From positions 24,073 through 88,072 of the forward strand of contig CAMCMZ010000002.1 in NCBI GenBank assembly GCA_945876185.1: a DNA stretch of 64,000 bases. The letters run 5' to 3'. The position numbers were made by a program, and so were the translations under genes. How positions within the stretch are numbered: the first letter of the stretch is position 1; each line of letters opens with the position of its first letter. Source of the stretch: Candidatus Kuenenia stuttgartensis. Lineage in GTDB: Bacteria > Planctomycetota > UBA11346. Shown in pieces: positions 40,493 through 49,250 of this stretch. Under the pieces are notes generated by a model, which was not told the origin of the DNA, searched no databases, and saw only the letters and a list, made by a program, of their open reading frames with translations.

Positions 40493-40747
40493 GGGCTGGA
40501 TTCCTGGAAAAAGTGCGGTTCGGGTGGATTGGTCGGGATGGTTGCGGGGGGGTGGGGGAATAAGGCATACGAACGGGGGGGGGCGCAATGCCGGGGATCG
40601 GGAACATCGGCAACATGCATGCGGCGGATCGGCAACCGCCGATTGCATCATGGCAGGGCAACCGAATGTCGCCGCATCCACCGTCCACGCTGCCTGCCCC
40701 TATCAGCGACCAGCTCGGCATCCCTTCCGCCCAATATCCCTGCCAAC

Positions 40748-41974
40748 ATGACCACGACCCCCAAAAGCCTGCGCCTGCACATCGGTCTCTACGGCCGCCG
40801 CAATGCCGGCAAGTCGTCGCTGATCAATGCGCTCGCGCGGCAACAGGTGGCGATCGTCTCGCCGGTGCCGGGCACCACCACCGATCCGGTCGAAAAGGCG
40901 ATGGAACTGCTGCCACTCGGCCCGGTGCTGTTCATCGACACCGCCGGACTCAATGACACGGGTGAACTCGGGGCGCAACGCGTCGCCGCCACACGCAAGA
41001 CCTTCGACCGCTGCGAGGTCGCGTTGGTCCTCGCGGCCGAATCGGGCTGGGGCACGGATGAAGATGCCATCGCCGCTGAACTCGCTGGTCGCTCTATCCC
41101 GGTCATCCCGGTGCTGTCCAAGGCGGACACGGTCGCCCACGATCCCGCATCGATCGCGGCGCTGACCACGCGCGGAATGCCGCCGGTCGTGGTCTCGGCC
41201 ACCACCGGTGCGGGACTGCCTGATCTGCGCGAGCGCCTGATCGCCGCCGCACCTGATGAATTCCTCGATCCGCCCGCCTTGCTCGCGGACCTTGTCGCCC
41301 CGGGCCAGGTCGTGGTGCTGGTGGTGCCGATCGACACCGAGGCGCCCAAGGGCCGCCTGATCCTGCCGCAGGTGCAGGCGATCCGCGACCTCATCGACCA
41401 CGACGCCATCGCCCTGGTGGTGAAAGAGCGCGAACTCGCGACCGCGCTCAAGCGCCTCGCCTCGCCGCCCGCCCTGGTGGTCACCGATTCCCAGGCGTTC
41501 CTCAAAGTTGCCGCCGATGTGCCTGAGTCTGTGCCGCTGACCTCGTTCAGCATACTCATGGCGCGGCAGAAGGGCGACCTCGCCAGCTTCGCGCGCGGAG
41601 CGTCAGCGATCGACAGCCTGCGTCCCAATGACCGCGTGCTGATCGCCGAATCGTGCAGCCACCACCCGATCGGCGAGGACATCGGCCGGGTCAAGATCCC
41701 GCGCTGGCTGACCCAGTACGTCGGCGGCAAACTCGACTTCACCACCGTGCAGGGCCGCGACTTCCCGGATGATCTTCCCAGCTATCGCCTGGTCGTGCAC
41801 TGCGGTTCCTGCGCCACCAATCGCCGCGCGATGCTGACCCGCATCCACGCCTGCGACCGCGCCGGGGTGCCGATCACCAATTACGGCATGTGCATCGCCT
41901 GGTCGTTGGGCATTTTCGCCCGCGCGTTGCGGCCGTTTCCGCAGGTGGCAATGGCGTTGAATGACGCCCAATGA
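40748..41974 (+). CDS. hydF: [FeFe]-hydrogenase H-cluster maturation GTPase
   Basis: GRRNAGKSS, GTTTDPV, APKGRLILPQ, ESCSHH, HCGSC, TNYG. Confidence 0.96.
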   Translation: MTTTPKSLRLHIGLYGRRNAGKSSLINALARQQVAIVSPVPGTTTDPVEKAMELLPLGPVLFIDTAGLNDTGELGAQRVAATRKTFDRCEVALVLAAESGWGTDEDAIAAELAGRSIPVIPVLSKADTVAHDPASIAALTTRGMPPVVVSATTGAGLPDLRERLIAAAPDEFLDPPALLADLVAPGQVVVLVVPIDTEAPKGRLILPQVQAIRDLIDHDAIALVVKERELATALKRLASPPALVVTDSQAFLKVAADVPESVPLTSFSILMARQKGDLASFARGASAIDSLRPNDRVLIAESCSHHPIGEDIGRVKIPRWLTQYVGGKLDFTTVQGRDFPDDLPSYRLVVHCGSCATNRRAMLTRIHACDRAGVPITNYGMCIAWSLGIFARALRPFPQVAMALNDAQ

Positions 41975-42078
41975 ACTCGGCCCGGCTTGACCCTCGGGTC
42001 GCTCGCGGATAGTCCGCCGCCCGCAACCACCTGCCGTTGCCCGCATCTCCATCCCCGCCACCCCAGTCCGGAACCACC

Positions 42079-43398
42079 ATGGCCTTCACCACCTTCTTCG
42101 ACCACATCCCCACCATCGCCTACGAGGGCGTCGAGTCCGACAATCCCTTCGCCTTCAAGTGGTATGACGCCAAGGCCAAGGTGCTGGGCAAGTCGATGAA
42201 GGATTGGATGCGCAACTCGGTGTGCTATTGGCATACGTTCCGGGGCATGGGCGGTGATCCGTTCGGCCCCGGCACCATCTGCCGGCCGTGGGAAGACGGC
42301 ACCGATTCGCTCGACCAGGCCCTGCGCCGCACCGAGGTCGTCTTCGACTTCCTGACCAAGCTCGGGGTCGAATACTACGCCTTCCACGATCGCGATGTCG
42401 CGCCCGAGGGCGGCAACCTGACCGAGACCAACGCCAACCTGTGGGCGGTCGCCAAGCAGCTCAAGAAACTGCAGGACGCGACCGGCGTGAAGCTGCTCTG
42501 GGGCACCGCCAACCTGTTCAGCCATCCGCGCTTCAACCAGGGTGCCTCGACCAGCCCGAACGCCGACGTCTTCGCCTACTGCGCCAACTCGGTAAAAGAG
42601 GCGATCGATGTCACCAAGTTCCTCGGTGGTGAAAACTACGTCTTCTGGGGCGGTCGCGAAGGCTACAACAGCCTGCTCAACACCGACCTTGGCCGCGAGG
42701 GCCGGCACTTCGCCGCCTTCCTCGGCATGGCCGTCGACTACGCCAAGTCGGTCAAGTTCCGGGGCCAGTTCCTGATCGAGCCCAAGCCCTGCGAGCCGAC
42801 CAAGCACCAGTACGACTTCGATTCCGCCACCGTGCTCGGCTTCCTTGAACGCAACGGCCTGGCCGACCACTTCAAGCTCAACATCGAGCAGAACCACGCG
42901 ACCCTCGCCGGCCACGACTTCAACCACGAGATCGCCTTCGCCACGTCCGTCGGCAAGCTCGGGTCGCTCGACGCCAACCGTGGCGACACCATGAACGGCT
43001 GGGACACCGACCAGTTCCCGACCGACTTCCGCGAGGCCGCCCAGGCGTGGCTGTACATCCACCAGAACGGCGGCCTGGGCAGCGGCGGCCTGAACTACGA
43101 CGCCAAGGTGCGCCGCGACTCGACCGACGTCGACGACATGTTCCACGCCCACATCTGCGGCATCGACACCTGGGCCCGCGGCCTGCGCATCGCAGAGAAG
43201 ATCATCAAGGACGGCAAGCTCGCCAAGGTCCTCAAGACCCGCTACGCCAGCTACGACAAGGGCATCGGCGCCGAGATCGACAAGGGCCGCACCGACTTCC
43301 GCAGCCTGCAGGCCTACATCGTCAAGAAGGGCGAGGCGGCGCCGAATGCGAGTGGGCGGCAGGAGTTGCTGGAGAACGTGTTCAACTCGTACGTCTGA
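42079..43398 (+). CDS. xylA: Xylose isomerase (class II)
   Basis: [43 protein letters not shown]. Confidence 0.97.
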   Translation: MAFTTFFDHIPTIAYEGVESDNPFAFKWYDAKAKVLGKSMKDWMRNSVCYWHTFRGMGGDPFGPGTICRPWEDGTDSLDQALRRTEVVFDFLTKLGVEYYAFHDRDVAPEGGNLTETNANLWAVAKQLKKLQDATGVKLLWGTANLFSHPRFNQGASTSPNADVFAYCANSVKEAIDVTKFLGGENYVFWGGREGYNSLLNTDLGREGRHFAAFLGMAVDYAKSVKFRGQFLIEPKPCEPTKHQYDFDSATVLGFLERNGLADHFKLNIEQNHATLAGHDFNHEIAFATSVGKLGSLDANRGDTMNGWDTDQFPTDFREAAQAWLYIHQNGGLGSGGLNYDAKVRRDSTDVDDMFHAHICGIDTWARGLRIAEKIIKDGKLAKVLKTRYASYDKGIGAEIDKGRTDFRSLQAYIVKKGEAAPNASGRQELLENVFNSYV

Positions 43399-43412
43399 TC
43401 AGGCCTGACCCC

Positions 43413-43456
43413 ATGAAGCCGGCGATTGGTGCACTATGGCCGATCGCCGGCTTGAT
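43413..43456. terminator. Hairpin after xylA
   Basis: AAGCCGGCGAT...ATCGCCGGCTT inverted repeat just after the stop codon. Confidence 0.55.
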
Positions 43457-43486
43457 CATTTCTGCCATCTGCGGCGCTGATTTCCC

Positions 43487-44011
43487 ATGATTTTCCTCGC
43501 TGCTCTGATCGCGCTTTTCATCTGGTTGGGACGACGGCGCGGGATGGCGTATTGGGGCTGGGCCACGGGTTACCTGGCCCTGGTTCTCATCAACCTGCTT
43601 GCTGCCTATGTCATCAAAGTCGATGGACTCACGCTCGTGACGTCCAGCCTTTGCTTAGTTTATATCTTGATATTCCTGCTGTGGCCTTGGCTTGCCGATA
43701 AAAATCAGGTCAAGGACATGGAAGAAATCAAAAAGGAATATGTTCGCGAAGATGAACTCACGGATCAGCGGATCCAGGAGAAATTCAAGGATTGGTTCGT
43801 GATAAAAACCTATGACGACAAACAGGATTCAGTCCAGTTCCAGAAGGACAGGACGACCCTGGAGACGAATGCCATCGTTCCCCAGGCAAAATCCTGCTTC
43901 GGCCTGACCACCATTTCGGTTGAAGAAAAGAATATTGAAAAGGCGTGTAAACTGCTCGGAATTGATTCCCTTCCAAATGACACTGAGGCGAATGATGAGA
44001 AAGAGTTATGA
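43487..44011 (+). CDS. Hypothetical membrane protein (lower GC)
   Basis: Three N-terminal hydrophobic segments, soluble C-terminus; atypical codon usage. Confidence 0.7.
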   Translation: MIFLAALIALFIWLGRRRGMAYWGWATGYLALVLINLLAAYVIKVDGLTLVTSSLCLVYILIFLLWPWLADKNQVKDMEEIKKEYVREDELTDQRIQEKFKDWFVIKTYDDKQDSVQFQKDRTTLETNAIVPQAKSCFGLTTISVEEKNIEKACKLLGIDSLPNDTEANDEKEL

Positions 44012-44048
44012 TTTTTCACATGCCCGTGCAAATCCCTATGTCGGCCGA

Positions 44049-44192
44049 TTGAAAAAGGGAATCTCAACTTGCATCCGGATATCCGCCGAGGAACGGGAAT
44101 ATGTCCGCACCCGCCTGGCAGCGATTAAGGCCGGTCATTCCAAGACCTTCACATGGGCTGAAGTGAAACGGCGCTTGACCAAACCTTGGTAA
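44049..44192 (+). pseudogene. Remnant of addiction-module antitoxin component
   Basis: ISAEEREYVRTRLAAIKAG...TWAEVKRRL matches the C-terminal half of putative addiction module proteins; no good start and no toxin follows. Confidence 0.5.
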
Positions 44193-44355
44193 ATGTAGCC
44201 ATCATTTAGTTTCAGAGATCCTGATCTGTGCAGACGACTATCTGCGGCCTGTGTAGGTTTTCACCTGAAAAGACTGGACGTTTGATCATCGCAGAATTTC
44301 CAACTTCCGTTCAACCGCCCTACCGTCGGGATCGACATTTGAGACTTTACCTCAG

Positions 44356-44576
44356 CTTCAGTCGTCCCTACGGGACTGGCCATCTCCTTCTTACCCGTCC
44401 CGGGGTTGAAACCCCGGGCTAACCTCGCTACGTCCCTACGGGACGCGCGTCTCCTCAAATTCACGGTAAATTCCAGTGTGTTTCCGTCCCGTAGGGACGA
44501 GGTGAAGGTAGCCCGGGGTTTCAACCCCGGGTTTCACGTCCATTGAGATGCAACAGTCCCGTAGGGACGGCTGAAG
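44356..44576. repeat. ~220-bp compound inverted repeat of REP-like palindromes
   Basis: Left arm GTCCCTACGGGAC / CCCGGGGTTGAAACCCCGGG / CGTCCCTACGGGACG is mirrored by the right arm at 44485-44576. Confidence 0.9.
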
Positions 44577-44653
44577 ACCTTCTTGGGGCTCGTGGCAGAA
44601 TCCTACGGATCAGGATCTCTGAGTTTGAACATGAACAGCGGGATTCGCCCAAT

Positions 44654-44755
44654 AAAAATCGCAAGTGCACCCCAGATGCAAGGCGGGAGGAGGAAGTTGG
44701 GCAGCGCCCAATGACCGACGACCAACGCCGCAGATGGGGTGCAATTGCGATTTTT
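44654..44755 (-). repeat. ~103-bp dispersed TIR element, copy 2
   Basis: Ends AAAAATCGCAA / TTGCGATTTTT; abuts the TAA stop of the permease. Confidence 0.9.
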
Positions 44756-46458
44756 TACTCCCGCAGCATCCCCGTGAGGCTGCGGCCGGTCAGGACCGCT
44801 GCGGTGCAAAGACTCGCCGCCAAGAACGCCATCGTCCACACCGCGAAGGCGCAGGCGACGGCGGGGCCGCTGCCGAGGACGGATGAGAGGTCGTAGAGCA
44901 CCTTGGTCACCGGCCAGGCGTCGCGCTTCTGGGCCAGGATGAGCGAGTCGGAGACCTCCAGCATCGAGAAGCTGAAGCACAGGATCGCGCCGGCGGCGAG
45001 GGATGCTGCGATGAGCGGTAGGGTGATCCGACGCAGGCGCGTCCAGGCGTTGGCGCCGCAGGCGGCGGCGGCTTCTTCCAGCGCGGGCGGCGACTGGGCC
45101 AGGCCGGCGTGGGTGGCGCGCACCACCTGGGGCAGGCGGCGGATGGCGTAAGCGAATATGAGCAGCGGGCCCGGATTCGCGAACGGATCGAGCCACGGCT
45201 TCAGGGCCGGGATCTGCTGGCTCAGCCAGACACCGATCGCGAGAAAACCAAACGCCATGATCAGGCCCGGCACCGCCAGCGGGGCCATCGCCAGGGCGTC
45301 GAGCGCCGCTGCGCCACGCGGTTTCCAGCGCGCGGTGATCCAGGCCACCGCGAAGCCGATGACCAGGGCGATCAGGGTGGCCAGACCGGCGTAGAACAGG
45401 CTGTTGCTGATGCTCGGCACCACGTTGGGGTGGGCGAGCGCATCGCGGAAGCGGTCGAACGTCACGCCGGCGGGCAGCAGCGTCCCATGCCAGTCGCGAC
45501 CGCAGGCGAGCGCCAGCACCATCAGATGCGGCGCGATGGCGAGCGCTGTGACCAGCAGATACGGAGTCCAGGCGAGCACCGCCTGCCAGCCACGCACTTG
45601 GCGGCCGGCGCTGCGTGCGGCGCCCTTCACCACCACCGCATCCGGCTGGCGACCGGCGATCAGCTGCGCGAGGCCATAGCTGGCCGCGACCACGACCAGC
45701 ATCACCACGACCAGGGCGAAGGGCTGCGGATTCGTATTCAGTTCGGTCAATCCATTGAATATCTGCACCGGCACCACGCGGTCGAAACCGAGCATCAGCG
45801 GGGTGCCGAGTTCAGTGAAGCTCCAGACGAAGATCACCGTCACGCCGGCGAACAGGCCTGGTTTCAAGAGCGGCAGGATGATGCGGCGCAGGATGGTGAG
45901 GCGCGACGCGCCACTCGCGGCGGCGGCCTCGATCAGGCCAGGGTCGAGGCGCGCGGCGGCGGCGGCCAGGGCGAGCCACAGAAACGGATACAGGTGCAGC
46001 GCCTCGACCACGCACACCACCGCGAACCGATGATCGCCGAGCCAATCCGGCCCGTGGCCTGGCAGCCACAGGCCGAACGCCGCCCCGGCGCTGTTCACCA
46101 CGCCATGGACACCGAGGAGCTGGAAGATCCCGAGCGCCCCGACGAACGGCGGCAGGATGAGCGGCGCCAGCAGCAGCGCCTCGGCCACCCCCTGGCCACG
46201 AAAACGCAGGCGCCAGCCGATCAGCGCCAGGGGCAGTGCGATGGCGAGGCTGATCAGGGTCGTCACCACCGCGATCGCGAAGCTGTTGCCCAGGCCGGCA
46301 CGCTGGAGCGGATGGCGGAGCACCTCGCCGATCCAGGCGGGCGACAGGCCGACGCCAGCCACGGTGACCACCGGCACCACGACGCCGATGACCAGCACCA
46401 GCGCGACAGCAGCGAACAACGTCCAGGCCAGCCAGGAACGATTCAGCGAACGGTTCAT
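44755..46458 (-). CDS. ABC transporter permease (Fe3+/thiamine type, two TMDs)
   Basis: Two EAA motifs (LIEAAAASGAS, LEEAAAACGAN), multiple TM helices. Confidence 0.92.
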   Translation of the reverse strand: MNRSLNRSWLAWTLFAAVALVLVIGVVVPVVTVAGVGLSPAWIGEVLRHPLQRAGLGNSFAIAVVTTLISLAIALPLALIGWRLRFRGQGVAEALLLAPLILPPFVGALGIFQLLGVHGVVNSAGAAFGLWLPGHGPDWLGDHRFAVVCVVEALHLYPFLWLALAAAAARLDPGLIEAAAASGASRLTILRRIILPLLKPGLFAGVTVIFVWSFTELGTPLMLGFDRVVPVQIFNGLTELNTNPQPFALVVVMLVVVAASYGLAQLIAGRQPDAVVVKGAARSAGRQVRGWQAVLAWTPYLLVTALAIAPHLMVLALACGRDWHGTLLPAGVTFDRFRDALAHPNVVPSISNSLFYAGLATLIALVIGFAVAWITARWKPRGAAALDALAMAPLAVPGLIMAFGFLAIGVWLSQQIPALKPWLDPFANPGPLLIFAYAIRRLPQVVRATHAGLAQSPPALEEAAAACGANAWTRLRRITLPLIAASLAAGAILCFSFSMLEVSDSLILAQKRDAWPVTKVLYDLSSVLGSGPAVACAFAVWTMAFLAASLCTAAVLTGRSLTGMLRE

Positions 46459-48077
46459 CGGCCGGCCTCCGCCAACACACGCGCCTGGTTCAGGTGGACG
46501 ATGGATTCCTCGACCCAGCGCCGCAGCACCCGTGTCGCGGCGAGACGATCCTTGTCGCCGACCGCGTTGCGGGCGTCTTTGGCTCCGGCGTATTCCACCG
46601 GCAGCCAGGAGAACTCGGCCCACGCCTGCGGGACCTTCTCCGGCCCGCCGGCGCGGATGATCGCCGCCCACGCGGCCTGCAGTTCCTCGCGCGGGTCGAT
46701 GGCGATCGCCTTGGTCATCGGGCCGATCAGCGGATAAAGCGGGCCGGTCCACGCACCGTGGTAGGTGAACTCGCGCGACAACGCGACCGGATCGTCGTCG
46801 GGATCGCTGCGTTGGTCACGTGGCGAATCGCGGTAGAAATCCAGCCGCACCGGCATCCGGCGCAGGGCGTAACGTTCCGGCCCCTGGGGCGTGCCGACCT
46901 TGATGCCCCACAGGCGTTGGCCCTGCGGCGACAGGACGAAGCGGATGAAATCGATGGCGAGCGGCCTTGCCGGCGCGCCGCGCAACAGGGCAATCGGATC
47001 CGCCGACACCGAGGTGCCCTGCTTGGGGATGATGAAGCGCAGCCGTTCGCGGCCATTGGACTCGCGCGCCGCCCAGTCGGCTTCGCTGCGGGCGTGATAG
47101 TCGATCGCGGTGCTGGCGGCGCAGTCGCCGCGCACGGTGTCGCGGGTCGGTTTGCTGGCTGAATCCGTCATCCAGCGCGCGTTCGCGACCAGGCGCTTGA
47201 TCAGGATCCAGCCCTCACGCCAGCCCTGCGCCTGGGCGGCCTTCTCGGCGTCACCAGATTTACCTGCCGCGAGCGGCAGCATGTGGCTCTGCAGGATGCG
47301 CTCGAGGGTGGTGACCACGGCGCCGGACTTGGTCGGGTCGGCGAGGGTGAGCTGGCGGAAGTAGCGCGCGTCGCCGAGGTCGCTCCAGCGCGTCGGCTGT
47401 TCCAGGCCAAGCTCGCGCAGGCGATCGACCGAGGTGGCGATGCCGAACACCGCGAGGCAGGCGCCGTAGTAGCGACCCTTGGCGTCGTAGATCGTCTCGC
47501 CGCTGAGCGTGGCCGGGATGATGTCCGGGGTGAACCAGGTCGGTTCGGCCTGGATCAGCCCGGCGTCGACGATCAGCCCGCGCTGGGCGGATTTGGCGTA
47601 GACGAACTCGCCGCCACCGAAGAACAGATCCAGGTCGCTGCTGATCTCGCTCGCGAGCCAGGCTGCTCGGGCGGCGTTCGCCGCCGTGCGCACGGCCTCG
47701 GGCGCGGTCGCGCTCACGCCGTCGCCGAAGATGAACCCCGCACTGGCCGCATGCTGCGGGAACTTCGCGGCGAAGGCCCCACGGTAGCGGTCCTCCAGGT
47801 AGCGGATGATGTCGCTCGTCCCGCCCGGACTGCGCCAGTCGATCGTCACCGCGACGCCGCGCTCGGCCTTTGCCCAGGCGGTGAAGGCGCGGGTGAACTC
47901 GGCCCGGGTCGGTTCGCCGTGCGGGGTGATGATCACCAGCGTCTGGTTTTTCAGAGGTGTTTCAGCGGAACTGGAAGCTGGGGCGGGCTTGCTGGCGGAG
48001 GCCTGGCGTTCCCGCAGCGCAAGCGGCAGCGCGATGAGGACGGCCAGCACCAGGACCGGCACCAGCTTGCCGATCAC
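46455..48077 (-). CDS. ABC transporter substrate-binding protein
   Basis: LVIITPH, DLFFGGG, ADPTKSG, DPIALLRGAP, FVLS..GQ.LW. Confidence 0.88.
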   Translation of the reverse strand: MIGKLVPVLVLAVLIALPLALRERQASASKPAPASSSAETPLKNQTLVIITPHGEPTRAEFTRAFTAWAKAERGVAVTIDWRSPGGTSDIIRYLEDRYRGAFAAKFPQHAASAGFIFGDGVSATAPEAVRTAANAARAAWLASEISSDLDLFFGGGEFVYAKSAQRGLIVDAGLIQAEPTWFTPDIIPATLSGETIYDAKGRYYGACLAVFGIATSVDRLRELGLEQPTRWSDLGDARYFRQLTLADPTKSGAVVTTLERILQSHMLPLAAGKSGDAEKAAQAQGWREGWILIKRLVANARWMTDSASKPTRDTVRGDCAASTAIDYHARSEADWAARESNGRERLRFIIPKQGTSVSADPIALLRGAPARPLAIDFIRFVLSPQGQRLWGIKVGTPQGPERYALRRMPVRLDFYRDSPRDQRSDPDDDPVALSREFTYHGAWTGPLYPLIGPMTKAIAIDPREELQAAWAAIIRAGGPEKVPQAWAEFSWLPVEYAGAKDARNAVGDKDRLAATRVLRRWVEESIVHLNQARVLAEAGR

Positions 48078-49087
48078 GGTTGCACCACCACCAGATCATC
48101 GGGCGCGATCACCACGGTCACCGCGTCGCCAGCCTTGCGCTCCGGCGGATCCGGTTCGACCACGGTCAAACGCAGGCCGCTGGCATCGACCGTCCACTGG
48201 GCGCGATCGCCCTGGTAGGCGCCATCAATCAGCACGGCGGCTACACCAGGTGCGCCGGTCACGCCGACAGAGGGCGCGCCAGCGCCAGCGAGCCGGATCT
48301 TCTCCGGCCGCAGGCAGTGCAGCTCACCGTTGGCGCGACCGGTCAACCGGATTGCCGCAGCGCGGTCGAGCAGGTTCGCTTCGCCCAGAAAGCGCGCCAC
48401 CGCCGCGTCGACTGGGCGGGCATAGCACTCGCGCGGCGTACCGACCTGGGCGACCCGGCCGCCAACCATCACCGCCAACCGGTCAGCGGTGGCCAGAGCC
48501 TCAGCCTGGTCGTGGGTGACGTAGATCGCGGTGGTGCCGGACTGCTTGCAGATGCGCCGGATCTCGCCGCGCATTTCCTGGCGCAGCCGCGCGTCGAGGT
48601 TCGACAGTGGTTCGTCGAGCAGCAGCACCTGCGGCCGGGTCACCACCGCGCGCGCCAAGGCGACGCGCTGCTGCTGACCGCCGGACAGTTCACCAACCTT
48701 GCGTGCGCCATAACCCGACAGGCCGACCGCCGCGAGCGCTGCGTCGACCCGCGCAGCGCGTTCGCTGCCGCCGACCCGCTGCATCTCCAGGCCAAAGGCG
48801 ACGTTGCCGGCGACATCCAGGTGCGGCCACAGGCAGTAATTCTGGAACACCATGCCGAGGTTGCGTCGCTCAGTCGGCAGCGCCGTCACGTCGGCACCGC
48901 CGAAGCGGATGACGCCCGCGTCGGGTCGCTCGAAGCCGGCAACCAGGCGCAGCAGGGTGGTCTTGCCGCAGCCGCTCGCGCCGAGGAGGAAGAACAGCTC
49001 GCCCGCCGCGATGTCGAGGCTGACGCCGTCGAGCACCGGCGTCGCGCCGTACGAGAACGACACACCCTGGATCGTGACGGGAACCAT
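48074..49087 (-). CDS. ABC transporter ATP-binding protein (PotA/FbpC-like)
   Basis: GASGCGKTT, LSGGQQQRVALARA, LLLDEPLSNLD, VTHDQ. Confidence 0.95.
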   Translation of the reverse strand: MVPVTIQGVSFSYGATPVLDGVSLDIAAGELFFLLGASGCGKTTLLRLVAGFERPDAGVIRFGGADVTALPTERRNLGMVFQNYCLWPHLDVAGNVAFGLEMQRVGGSERAARVDAALAAVGLSGYGARKVGELSGGQQQRVALARAVVTRPQVLLLDEPLSNLDARLRQEMRGEIRRICKQSGTTAIYVTHDQAEALATADRLAVMVGGRVAQVGTPRECYARPVDAAVARFLGEANLLDRAAAIRLTGRANGELHCLRPEKIRLAGAGAPSVGVTGAPGVAAVLIDGAYQGDRAQWTVDASGLRLTVVEPDPPERKAGDAVTVVIAPDDLVVVQP

Positions 49088-49165
49088 GGCGCGGGATGCT
49101 GGGCCGGCGCGTCGCCAGGCAATGCCGGAGCAATGCAGCTATTATTGCGAAAATCCGGCCCGTTT

Positions 49166-49212
49166 CTTAACTTAACGAAAGTTATTTACTTTATAAACGG
49201 TCGTGTACTATC
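49166..49212. promoter_or_regulatory. AT-rich divergent promoter/operator
   Basis: TAACTT-N5-AAGTTA (49168-49184), overlapping AAAGT-N5-ACTTT (49178-49192), and -10-like TACTAT at 49206. Confidence 0.6.
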
Positions 49213-49250
49213 TCGCCCAACCACCTGTCCCTGCACCGCTGGAGGAATCC

